A DNA stretch of 64,000 nt. Source: Guillardia theta CCMP2712 (taxonomy: Eukaryota; Protista; Cryptophyta). The notes beneath the pieces were generated by a model that ran no database searches, had not been told where the DNA came from, and saw only the letters and a program-made list of their open reading frames with translations. The stretch covers positions 1 through 64,000 of the forward strand of contig NW_005434635.1 in NCBI RefSeq assembly GCF_000315625.1, in the 5' to 3' direction. How positions within the stretch are numbered: the stretch's first letter is position 1; every line of letters begins with the position of its first letter. Positions 12,363 through 23,603 of the stretch are shown one piece after another. Position numbers and translations under genes: made by a program.

Positions 12363-12822
12363 CCTCGCCTGATGTTCTATCTTCCCTTCACCTACTTCAC
12401 CTACACCTTGCGTTAGCCGCTCCTAACCATGCCATGCAGCCAAAATAGACCACCCGAAACATTTCAAAACGTTTGTTGAATATTGAAAACCCCATGAGTC
12501 AAATTTCGAAATGCGATTTGATGATTGAGTAAAAAAATTAATGATATCAAGAGCCATGCTGCACAGGCCAAGTAGTCTAGAACCTACCAACAGACGAGGG
12601 AAGAGTTGAGAGAGTATGTTTTTTGATAGAGAATGACGTTTCAACCATGTTGAAATACAACTAAGAGAAGGAGATCGCTTACGGGCTTTAAAAGCTTAAG
12701 TGAGAAACTGTGAAGGTTATTTCAGACGGATTTCGTTTTATGCAATGCATGTGATGCAGCTGCGGATGTTGTACGTGTTGTTTGACTTGTATTTGAAACA
12801 GGCCGCTCCAGCAAATACATCC

Positions 12823-13050
12823 ATGCTGCGCATTTTCCGGACAGTGCCTTTGATCGTCTTGCGGGGAGATTCTGGCTGTTCAGATTGCTTTGATACGCCA
12901 CCTGCTGTTGTCGGGTGGGATCTTGGATTTCCTGACGTCACGAATCCTACCTATCAAGTCGAGCCGTACTCGTGGAAGTATATTGATGATGGTCGTGACA
13001 AGTACTGTTCCGAATGCTTTGATCAACCGACAGGCATTCCGGAATATTGA
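12823..13050 (+). CDS. Small 75-aa protein with duplicated C-S-x-C-F-D motif
   Basis: ATG 12823 to TGA 13050: MLRIFRTVPLIVLRGDSGCSDCFDTPP...KYCSECFDQPTGIPEY. The internal motif duplication argues for a real coding sequence. Confidence 0.6.
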   Translation: MLRIFRTVPLIVLRGDSGCSDCFDTPPAVVGWDLGFPDVTNPTYQVEPYSWKYIDDGRDKYCSECFDQPTGIPEY

Positions 13051-13229
13051 TAGATTTGTTGTGGACAGGGGTGTGGAGTACTTGATGTATTTTTTTCCGA
13101 AGATTTTAGATCTGCACAGAATTGCCCGTTGAACAACAGCGCATCCGATACTACCCGATTCAAAGTTTTCCTGGTGATCTGCAAGGAGAGTGTATTTATT
13201 ATTTTCAATGAACAGGCAAATTTGGTATT

Positions 13230-14114
13230 TTAGTCCATTTCTTTGTTTTCAAAGATTGCTTTCAATTCTGGAGGAAGCGAAAAGTTGTTCTTGTCCTCAA
13301 ATTCTTTCTGACTAGCATACTTGACTACATGCGGTTCTCCTCCTTCTAATGGCTCTATTATTTCCATCACTGGTTCATCATCGTTCCATGGCGTAGCCTC
13401 CTCATCCTTGTGCATAGCTGCCCTGCCGGAATCTTCTTTGACTTCCTCCTCCTCTTGTTCATCACCATCATCATCGTAGGCATAGCATCCAACAAAGCCT
13501 TTGTCTCTCCAGAATTCAGCTCCCTTCACACATTCCATCAGACTGCAAACAAAAAATAAAAGAAGCAATGACCTGGCCTTCATCATCATCCTCGTCGACG
13601 TCCTCATCGTCAGAAACGGGCTTGGAATCCGCGTTCAATTGGATTTGATTTTCTCGTTTCTGAGATGAGCTCAATTCAAATATCATATCTTTCACAGCCT
13701 TCCGACTGAAACTCGCTTTAATTGCCAGATTTTCCACTTTAGCTTGTGATTCTGCTCTTAGCTTAGAAATCGTTCCAGTTCTGCGCGTCAAGATTTCCCT
13801 TGCTTCATACGCCGATCGTTTTACAAAGTAATTTTCTCCCAGCAAAACTAACACCTCGTTGGTGTGAACCAGTTTTCCGGGCATAAATGCCATTGGTCCG
13901 ATAGGGACCATGACCTGATGCTCCACCTGCAGCAGAGTGAACAAAGAATCAGCAATACATGAAGCATCGATGAGACCTTCTTGGGTAGTTGCTTGAGGAG
14001 CCTCAAGATATTAGCGTGCTCGTCTTCGGACTTTATCAATCTCTGATATTCCAGCTTAGCTGTATCTAGCTCTGCATGCCATGTCTTCTCTGCTTGTACC
14101 CATTCCTCTGCCAT
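13230..14114 (-). CDS. URI1: URI1/Bud27-like alpha-class prefoldin protein, 3 exons
   Basis: LKQLPKK|VEHQVMVPIGPMAFMPGKLVHTNEVLVLLGENYFVKRSAYEAREILTRR is the URI prefoldin signature. Acidic middle region and a MEIIEP motif. Confidence 0.85.
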
Positions 14115-14339
14115 GTTTGTTCGCTACTACTGGAAAGCTCAAAAGATTGGATCTTAGAAAGTGGAGTCATTGTATATTTGAAATTGTCAACTTTATTTTG
14201 GTACAGCAGGTGAATCTTTATATTTTGACATTTTTAGTTGTGCCACTGTCGGGGGCCATGCAAGGCACGTGAAGCTGTGAGATAGCGAGAGCGCATGCGG
14301 CTGAGGGAAACACAAGACAGGTGTCGAGCACATCACCTC

Positions 14340-15176
14340 ATGACGAGAAACAAGTGCTTCCTACTCGCTCTTAGAGCTGTGCTGATTGCTGTGATGTGTG
14401 CTCAACCATCCCCAATAACCGCGTTCATCGCTTTCAAGCCCATCCAACTCGGTTTTCACGGGAGCGCTTGGTATCCTTATACATCTAAAACGTTTAGACC
14501 GAAGATAACAAAACCAACCAGAATGACCTTGAGTGACAGCGAGATTTGTTCTGGACCAGACCTGCAAGGGTCAAGAACCACAACTATCAAGGGCGTTAAA
14601 ACTATTGGAGTAGATCACGGCCGGCGACGGACTGGCATCTGCGCATCAGTCGGATATGCCCCTAGACCGTTGCGTGTGATTCAACACAACGATGACAACA
14701 AGTTTGTCGCAACAGAAATAGCGGAAGAAGTTAGGAAGGAGGCTGCTCAGCACATCGTGGTCGGCCTTCCCTTAGACTCGCAAGGAAGGGAAGGGGAGCA
14801 AGCGAATTACACGAGAGTTTTCGTTGAATGTTTGAAGCAAGCCTGCCCTCAATGCACAATTTTCCTCTGGGACGAGAGGTACAGCACTGTAGATGCAACT
14901 GAGAAGCTCAGGTCTCTTGGCTACAACAGCTTTGACATGAAGGGAATGATCGATGTGGTGGCGTCCATCGGGATTCTGACCGACTTTTACCACAAAGATG
15001 GAAAAGGAGCAATCGTTGCAAACCATGGAGAGAAAGCAACTTCAAGCACGAGCGCAAGGGTATCACCAGCTGCTCCAGTCAAAACTTATGAACAATGGAA
15101 GCAAGAGATCATGGCCACGGCGGATGCAACCAGCCCAACTTCCAAGAGGGGAAAGAAGAGGAAGAAATCGAGATGA
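14340..15176 (+). CDS. yqgF: YqgF/RuvX-family nuclease (putative pre-16S rRNA processing), plastid-targeted
   Basis: IGVDHGRRRTG, IVVGLPLD...G and LWDERYST motifs. The N-terminal signal peptide ends ITA-F and is followed by a transit-like region. Confidence 0.88.
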   Translation: MTRNKCFLLALRAVLIAVMCAQPSPITAFIAFKPIQLGFHGSAWYPYTSKTFRPKITKPTRMTLSDSEICSGPDLQGSRTTTIKGVKTIGVDHGRRRTGICASVGYAPRPLRVIQHNDDNKFVATEIAEEVRKEAAQHIVVGLPLDSQGREGEQANYTRVFVECLKQACPQCTIFLWDERYSTVDATEKLRSLGYNSFDMKGMIDVVASIGILTDFYHKDGKGAIVANHGEKATSSTSARVSPAAPVKTYEQWKQEIMATADATSPTSKRGKKRKKSR

Positions 15177-15241
15177 TGTCAGGATAATGAACAACTAGTT
15201 TTTTGACCGATCTTGTAACATTAAAAGTTCTTTTTGTTGAA

Positions 15242-16248
15242 TCAAGCTACAGCTCTATCATTGAATTCATCTATTAGATTCCTCTTTTCTGAAGGAGAAA
15301 GCTTCCGTCTTGTAGCAGTAATTTGGGCCCATTCTCCTTCCCCCTCTGCACCGACTCTCCAGTTCTCATGGCATCCTGTACGAATTTGTTCAAATTTTAC
15401 TCCAAACTTGGCATACTCGACTTCCAAGGCAGGAATCTGAAAGTTCCGAATCCCGCTCAAGCACAGCTTGCCAGTCTCTTCCTTGACAGCAAGCGAGAGC
15501 ACTGGAGCAAGCTTCATCAGAGGGCCAACAAGAATGTTTGCAACGACTATGTCGAATTGGAGAGAATTCATCCAGGGCTCGTCTCTAAAGACAATGCCAT
15601 CGACATCTTGAATGACTTCACGTGTGTGAAACAATTTCATCTGCATATAATGTTACGGCATGAAGACAGGGGTAAAGCAAATATCACCTGATCCGACAAG
15701 CCGTTTCTGATAATGTTTTGTTCGGCATCTTCGATTGCCTCATCATCAATATCAATACCGATGACTGATTTGCATCCAAACTTGCACGCAGAAATCCCCA
15801 GTATTCCGCTACCCGTGCCATAATCCAACATGACCTAGAAAGATCAAGTTGAGGGACTATTACGAAGAGAAAGAATGTCATCTAAACGAACCTTCTCACT
15901 GCCATGAGACAGCACTGTAGAGAGAAATTCGACACACAAGCGAGTAGATGGATGAAACCCATCTCCCCAACCATAATCGCCTGCTAGATAAATGTCCTGA
16001 ACGCTGTCCAAACCCGGTTTTGAAACTTTCTTTTCGTCTTTGACAACTCTAATCACAGGCTGTGATGTCATAGGATTGTAGAGAAGAATTTCATGATCGT
16101 CAGCTTGAGATGAACGAAGTTGAATTGGACATTGAGGGGATTTCACAAAGTTCAGTGCGCTCGGAGCAGTCGGAACAAATCCAGAAGAAGAATGTAAGAA
16201 GGACAGCAGTAAGAGGAGGAATGTTGGATGTTTGTGCATGGTCGGCAT
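15242..16248 (-). CDS. prmA: Ribosomal protein L11 methyltransferase-like, plastid-targeted, 3 exons
   Basis: WGDGFHPSTRLC, LDYGTGSGILGI, GIDIDDEAI, DIVVANIL and LCLSGI motifs. Signal peptide FLLLLLSFLHSSSG-F. Confidence 0.85.
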
Positions 16249-16966
16249 GTGCCAGCTCGTCTTCAACTCCTTCCTGCACCCTTCTGTTGCATGGCGGCCT
16301 CACCTTCGTGCATCCGAGTCTGCCCTCCGGCCCGGGCCCAGTTCCGATCGGACCGCAGCCAGTCACCCGACGGTCCGGGGGCCGGGCCGCCGCCGGGCCC
16401 GGTGCCACGGTGGTCCCGAGACGCCGGTCACCGTCTCACTGTCTCAGTGACTCGGCAGTTACTACTGAGTCACTATGACACTGTGACTCTTTACTCAAAG
16501 TTAAGTTAAAAATCAGTACGAGGACAATCAGGAGAGACGAGGAGGCTTGACCCTGTGATCCGATCGGACACCATGTCGCCGTGACAGGCCAAACGGCGAG
16601 ACAGGCTGCCAACTTGAGTTCAGTGTAACTTGACTTTGAGTAAAAGAGTTCGGAGTTCAGTGAAGGCTTCACTTGGAGTCCGATTCGAAAGCTTCACAGT
16701 AGTACTAAGCGGCGCACTGCGCGTGTCGGAAGCATGCCGCTCCGACGATGATCAGTGCGGCAGCCGCAGGGACCCGGACAATAATCGGACTGCCCCGGGG
16801 GCCCCAGAGTCCGGCCCGGCTGCGCACTGATCCGAGTGAGCCACCGTTGAGAGTACGGTCACCGGTGATCGGACCGTCCGGCAACTTCATCGGGTCGTTC
16901 CTTCCGAGTTCCGAAGGTTGACAGTTTGTCATCCCCGCGCGGAGGGAGCCGCGGGAAGCCTTGAAG

Positions 16967-17597
16967 ATGGTGCTGTTCGATGTGTGCTGCAACTTCCGGA
17001 GCGAAGACAGATTCAAGGTGAGCCCTGCTGACAGCCGGGAGATGCTTCCCTTATCAGCCCTGAGCAAGAGCGTTCAAGGAAACTCGTGCTGAGACCGCGG
17101 CATCACGATATCAGCCTATCCAAGGTCGGCAAGATGTGAGTTGACTGCCGGAGGAGTCCGAACTCCTGGCTCGGAAGAGACTGATGCTCCATCTTATTCC
17201 AGGACTTAGCAGGACGCCTGGCTGGCGTTGGAATCATCTTCAGAGCAGACGACGATGGCGCCCTGCGTGTGGAGGTGGTAGCGGCGGGCGGGTACAACAT
17301 TGTATATGTGAGGGAGGCTGTGCTGACGGAAGCCGCGCAGTCCAGCGGACAAGGTTGGGAAGATTCAGAAGGGAGACACTTTGATTTCGATAGATCGAGT
17401 TGACGTGAGGAGCATGCAACCCGAGCAGCTCGCCCCCTACATCCTCGGCAAGGTCACCCCCCGAGTCCCGTGTAGGACGGAGCTTTCCGACTGAAGTGCA
17501 TTCACAGCCGGGGTCCAAGGTGAAGCTTGGCTTCATATCTGCCACGACAATCACTGGTCAACCGGCAAGAAAATTCACTGTGGTGTGCATGACTTGA
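16967..17597 (+). CDS. Small single-PDZ-domain protein, about 5 short exons (absent from ORF track)
   Basis: Spliced reading gives ...LAGVGIIFRADDDGALRVEVVAAGGPADKVGKIQKGDTLISIDRVDVRSMQPEQLAPYILGKPGSKVKLGF..., a classic PDZ pattern, using GT-AG introns. The N-terminus is MVLFDVCC. Confidence 0.8.
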
Positions 17598-17754
17598 CGC
17601 ATGATCGTGTTAGGCATTTTATTATGTTGAGCTCGAGCGAGAATGGCTGGTGACGAGCTAAGTGAATACGGAGGTTGATTAGAACATGAGAACCTTTCCT
17701 TGTCTTGTTGCATTACATGGCATTACTTTGCTGCGAGGTCGTGTCGAGAATTTG

Positions 17755-20740
17755 TCACTCAACGTCTGAGGACTGCCAACCCCTAGCACTGATTCTTGTA
17801 GTCAACGGTAATGACCTGTTGTGTGATCCAAGCGGATTACGTGAATCTTGAGGCCGAACCAGACATCCTGCACACGTCTCTGCATGAGGATCGCAAGGGT
17901 TGCAGAGCCTCTGTGCAATCTGATCAAGTATAAGAGATTTCTGAGCACCATCTTTGAAAGTTTCAGTAGCCTTGTTTGTTTTCTTGTCCATGACCGCTTC
18001 ATCCCTACCTGATCGCGAGAGTTGAAAATTTGCATCACGATTTTTATCTCGGCGGAATGTTGGTTGCCCTTGCGCAGTCAGAGTATCCACCGAGTCGATA
18101 AAGTCAACGAGTTCAAAAAACGTGTCATCATACAAATCCTTGCATCCATTCAATGCTTCTTGTTGTTCTGGCTGTATGATGGACTCCACATTCCCTGAAT
18201 CTTCCAACAGCTGCGCCTTCGAGTGTAAGAGTGAAAAATCGTGGCCCTGAAATTTGTTTTGCAAACATCCGCTGTGGAACTGATAGGGTTGACTGATTTG
18301 TGGTTCATTTCCGCACTCCTTAACGCTATGCTGGTTCGTAACAGACTTCACAAATCCTGCCGAGGACGGAGGAGCGATACAAGTCCCTTCTTGTGTAACC
18401 CCATAATTGAAATCACTTTGTACAGATCCTGAGGAGCCTCCCTGTGTCATTTCATGAGAATCTATGAACAGGCCTTGTTCGGGATATATTGCTCTGATCT
18501 TGGAACTTGCAAACTGCAGTCCTCTGCCCTCAATGCTATTTGGAATTTGAATTTGGTTTGTATGACTCCCGGATTTACCCATCATGTAGTCCATGTCAAG
18601 ATGATTGTGATGATCTGAGTTTTCAACTACAACTTCGTTGAGATCTGGATCGTCTTTTGGGTTCGCCAGCGATTCACGCCACAGCGTCCCATCTCTCTGA
18701 TCACAAGAGCTCATACACTTGTCACCACGCAACAGGTTGACTTGAGAAGTCTCTGTAACTTGCTCCTCCGGTGTTTTCAACCCTGAGCTGATGCTGTCCT
18801 GTTTTCCTCCTCCCTCGCTCTCGGGTTCCCTAGCCTGCTCTGACTGCAAAGCGTCGGGCTCCTGCACAGCTGCTGTTGATCCATTCTGCTCGATGATGGG
18901 AAAGCAGATGGTGTTCTGCTTGTCTCCTTCACTATTCATTACACTGCCATCAACATTCATCGGGGACAATCGGTTGCACATATTTCGTGAGAAATCTTCT
19001 TGCAGGTTTGATGTTTTTATGGATTGACTTTGCCTTTCTGCACAAACTTGATTGCCAACAGCTTCCCTAAAAAGACAGCTTGGAGGAAAATCGACTGTGT
19101 GATTGATGATCGAGTTGCCGTTATCATGGCACGGCAGCAAATTGTTCGAAAATTCTTTGCCAGAATCGTTTACAATAGAGGAAGGTAAATCCAACTTACT
19201 GCGGGATCCTTTGTGGCGTTCTGACAATTGTTCCTGCATGCATTCTTGAGCACTATCTTTGGCAAAACACTGTGCATTGTTTGAAGTTTTGTCCTCCACA
19301 CACAAAGCTACGACGTTTTCAAGGCCATGACAATCACTGGAATGGTTCCTACGGAACATTTCGCTCTCGTCACACTTATTCATTTCATTTGAGCTCGGAT
19401 CAAGCGGATGCTTATCATTTCTTTGTTCCTGATGTAGCCAGTCAGAAAGAATCATACTATTTTGCATGTTCACTTCTTGAAATTGAGAATCACATCGTCT
19501 GCTGTTAGACCCGCTTGTTTGTGACGAATGCTCTTGCTGAAAGGAAAAGTCGGTCATTTTTCAAACATTGGAATTTTGGAATTAGGACCTTGTCATACGT
19601 GTGCACTAGATCTTTCGACATCTCGATCTTTGCAATCACACGGTCTGTAGTTCTCGACGATTCATCACAGGAGTCATCTATATCCTTCGGTTTGTTCTAA
19701 CAGCACGCATTAAGTTTGCATTCAAATCAGATTTGTGTACCTGGGCAATATAAGAGACATCATGTGGAGACACTTGAGACTCATTTTTTTGCAAACCCGG
19801 CTCAAGATTTACCTTATCATTGATGAAATTCAATAAAAAATCACTGGTGAATGATTTTGGGCGAATGCTCACCAGGAATGGAACGTTATTTCGATTTTGA
19901 AGCTGGGGCATTTGCATGATGCCCCCATACTTGAATGAGAGCGCTTTCGCGAATTCAGAAATTGCTTGATCGATGGTATTTGGAAGATGTGGTGAAGGAA
20001 TTGAACAATTAGGCGATGGAATTTCTTCCTACATCAAACCAGGAAAGTCAGTCAAAAATTGCAACAGGCCATAAGCGATCTACCTCATTATCCTCATTGA
20101 CAGACTTGAAGAGGTGGGTGGTGGAGTCAGTAATCACGCTTTCAAAACGTTCGCACAATTGCTTTTCTTCATGGTCATCCGAGTACAGTTTCACCTTCAT
20201 TTTGCATTCTTTGCACTCACGAACACTGAGCGTTTTTGTGAGCTCTAGTTCTTGTTCGGTTCTTTGCAGAGTTTCGTACAGATCTCTCATGCGTATTTGG
20301 TATTGACGCAAGAGATCTATTGCTTGCTCTAGTTTCAACTCCAACGCTGAGTTCTTCCCTTTCAAGTCTTCATTTTCTTGGGACAACACTCGCTTTGCCT
20401 CTCTTTCCTCGTGAAGGTCGCTCAAGGTCTCTTCATTAATTTCAGTAAGCTGCAAGATTTGTCGTAGCACATTTGCAATAGTTTGCTTATCTTGCGGACA
20501 CAAGTCAGACATGGTACAAAACTCCTGAGTCTTTTTGACCAGTTCTTCCTTTGGTTCACCACCACTCTGCAAGACCTGGCTCAGGTTGCTCATTGCAACG
20601 GTATTATTCTCCTTGCCAAGGGTTTTCGCATGCAAACTTTTCATCAGCCGATCTTTCACGGTCTTTGTATCGACATGTGAGCTTTGAAGGCCTCCAAGAG
20701 TCCTGGACTCCCTGCATACTGCCATTTCCCGTCGCTTCAT
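17755..20740 (-). CDS. KIAA1328/hinderin-domain coiled-coil protein with long disordered C-terminus, 3 exons
   Basis: MSDLCPQDKQTIANVLRQI...LEQAIDLLRQYQ resembles the hinderin motif (DLC.EDK..IANLI...LL.LYQ). ORFs 20048-20740, 19678-19917 and 17755-19557 join in frame via short GT-AG introns near 20082-20029 and 19740-19697. Confidence 0.65.
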
Positions 20741-21072
20741 TGTGCCATTAAAGGAGGAGCCGGAGCGCGGGAAACCTTCGGGTATTATCTTGAGTAAAGA
20801 TTATCTCGGGACCGGCCGCTGGCCCACTGAGCGCCGGGCCCGGCCGTGCCCGACCGGCACCGGGCAGGCTCAGTGTGACTCTTTCAACTGACACGGTCCA
20901 ACGAATCAGCCTGTGAAGGTCCAAGCGTCCTGCCAGTAACGGCGGAGCCCCGCGGGCTGTTAGGCTACGTTAGTACCGGCAGCATTGGGAACCCTCAAGC
21001 CACTGATGCAAACTTTATTCATTCGAAACTATTTGAAGAGACCAAGGCGGCCGCTATTTTCAAGTTTGGTAC

Positions 21073-23171
21073 TTAAGTTGGTCGTTCCCATTGAGTTATC
21101 TGCAACATGAAGTGAGAAAAAACGACAATTTTCACGATCGTATTTCTTTTCACCTTGAGATCATGATTCACATAGTAAGTTTTGTTGGCTGCCTTGTCAA
21201 TCTTTTCCTCCCAACCCGGAGGAAGATATGCTGGAGGTGGATGAAGGAGATCCATTTTTTGCAGTTGCTTCTCAGCCTGACATCAAGGGATCACTCGCAA
21301 ACATCAAGCACGTGATTCCCAACCTGGCTGACGTCAACCGCAGGACGTGGGTGTGGCTGGAGATTCTTGCTCAACATGTAGCTGGTCAGCTGCGTCGGGA
21401 TCTCTTGAAGGACTCTCTTCGCCAGCTCTGCTGAATTGTCTGCAACTTCGCGCAAGGCAACAAATTGTACGATGTCTCGTGAGGCTGTCTTGTCGGTCTT
21501 CATGGAGACCAGGGCTTTCTTGTCTGCATCTAGTTCCTCCATGCTGCTGAAATCTTCATTGCCCACTCCGACGATGAGGACAGAAAGAGGAAGATCGCTC
21601 CCTTCGACGATTTGATCGATGGTGTTATCCATATCGCTGATGCCGCCATCCGTTAGAATCAAGAGCACGTAATATTCCTGCGCTCCATCTCTGACCTTTC
21701 TGCAAGCCTTGTTGGCTTCGTTTATGATGTCTGCAAAATTTGTCGGCCCACTCATCTTCGCTTTCTGCAAGTACTTCTTGTACGTTTGCAAAACCCCTCC
21801 AATGCCATTCACCTGGGGGTCAGCCTGGTTTCCATTCAATGGGAAGCAGTACGACACATTGCCGTCGTCCATCTGTGCGCCGAACCCATAGGTGGCGTAC
21901 TTGTTGCTGGTGCTGTATTCCTCGAGGATTTTGCCGACCGATGAGATAGCTCGTTCATACGGATTGAGAGTCTTGGCATCATTGTAATGCAGAGAACCAG
22001 GGGTAAGCGGGTTTCCATTGGACATGGTAAAATCGATGGCAATCATAACTTCCAGTCGACAACCTCCACAAATGTAATCGAAGAAAGATGGCGTGTGGTG
22101 AACCTACGGATCATTGAAAAAACATGTAAGCAAAACAAGCTTCAAGCATGTACAGGAGTACCTGAATGTGAGAGAAAGTAAGTAGTCCCCTGTCCTTGCC
22201 ATCCGCTTTGTCTCCTTTTGTCACAGGAAACGAGATCGGTCCACTCTTCTGGAGAAGTTCCACTGTCGAGGTGGTGATTTGTCCCAGGAAGTCATGGTTT
22301 GACCTTGCATTCCAATCCCAAACTTCAAAGACCAGTGGAGTATCAAACTTGCCTAAGTTCAATATTTGCATAGGAATTTCTATCGGCTTGAAGGTCGGAT
22401 CCTTGTTATCCTTCACGACTTCAGTACTAAAGACATCTTCAAGCTCACGATCTTGGCGCCGCCTCCGGATTTTGATGTAGTGGTCACCTTTTCCAACCCA
22501 GTCTTTTGTTTTCAACCCAGCTCCACTTACAACAAATCTGAGGGAGTCATTCTGTGCCTTAGCTTCTTCCGCAAGGATTTTGATCGTGCCATGATTGGAG
22601 TTCGCCTTTCCTTTGGGATCTTGCAGAGAGCCAACAAAACATGACCCCACTGATCCCACAATCCTTCCCACTGTGGTCTCAAGAAATCCAAGAGAATCAG
22701 CATCGGATAACGTTTTGTCTGCTGAATCCACGTCGTATAACGAAAATCTGATCAGCTGTACGGTCTCAAAGACATAGACCATCTGGATTTTGGTTGAAAA
22801 TCTGCAACACATGTAAATAAGATTGTCAAAGAGTGAGGCACTTACTTGGGATTCAAATTGTTCTGAATCACTTCTGTTCGGCCAACCTGGAAAGCATCAG
22901 TCATTCATTGCTTTTTGATGTCCAAATGAAGTCTTGGATCACCTCAACCCACTCTTGCTTGGAGTTCTTTCTCTCCATCTATAACAAAATCGTTCAGAAC
23001 TTGGTAGATTGTGAAGAGAAGCGAGTACCACGCACACGGGATCTGACTTTGAGAACAAGTCCTTGTTCTTGAGGTCTCTGCGAAGTGATGAGACATTGCT
23101 CAGAAGAAGTTCATGTTGGCTCACTGGCACTCGATGGTCATGAGCAACGTGGAGTACATCTGCTGCGGCAT
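21073..23171 (-). CDS. Copine (C2-C2-vWA) with C-terminal WW domain, multi-exon
   Basis: DLFSKSDPVCV and YVFETVQLIRFSLYDVD (C2A), FEVWDWN (C2B), IAIDFTMSNG, SGPTNFA, YYVLLILTDG and RDIVQFV (copine vWA). The tail LPPGWEEKIDKAANKTYYVNHDLK|ITQWERP is a WW domain. Confidence 0.93.
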
Positions 23172-23603
23172 CTTGGTGTCCCCGCGTGTGTGGCTGGGGT
23201 GACGGCGCGACTCCTTGATATGCAAAGGGGGAAATTAAAAAGCCAATTGTAATTAGCGGTCAAATTTGACAGCCAGCTGGGGCCTCCGTTTTACCACATA
23301 TTTATTTCTTATTAATTATTTCTTACTACTTTTTATATTTCACCGTTGTGGTCTGAGGTTGATACCATTATAAGGTTAATACCGTATCCCTCAACTGCAA
23401 CCCACCTGTCACCCTATCACTTTTTACCTCCTTCACTCATATGGGGATGGTCAAATCTTTGACCGCAGCCTCCAGCTTTACTACACAAGCTCGCCGCGTG
23501 CTGGCCCATCGCCAATACCGGTAGCTACGTTCCGTTGGCAATGAGCGCGCAGGCATCGTTCGTGTACTTTCATCCTCCCATGGTATGGAATCATGCGGTT
23601 GAC

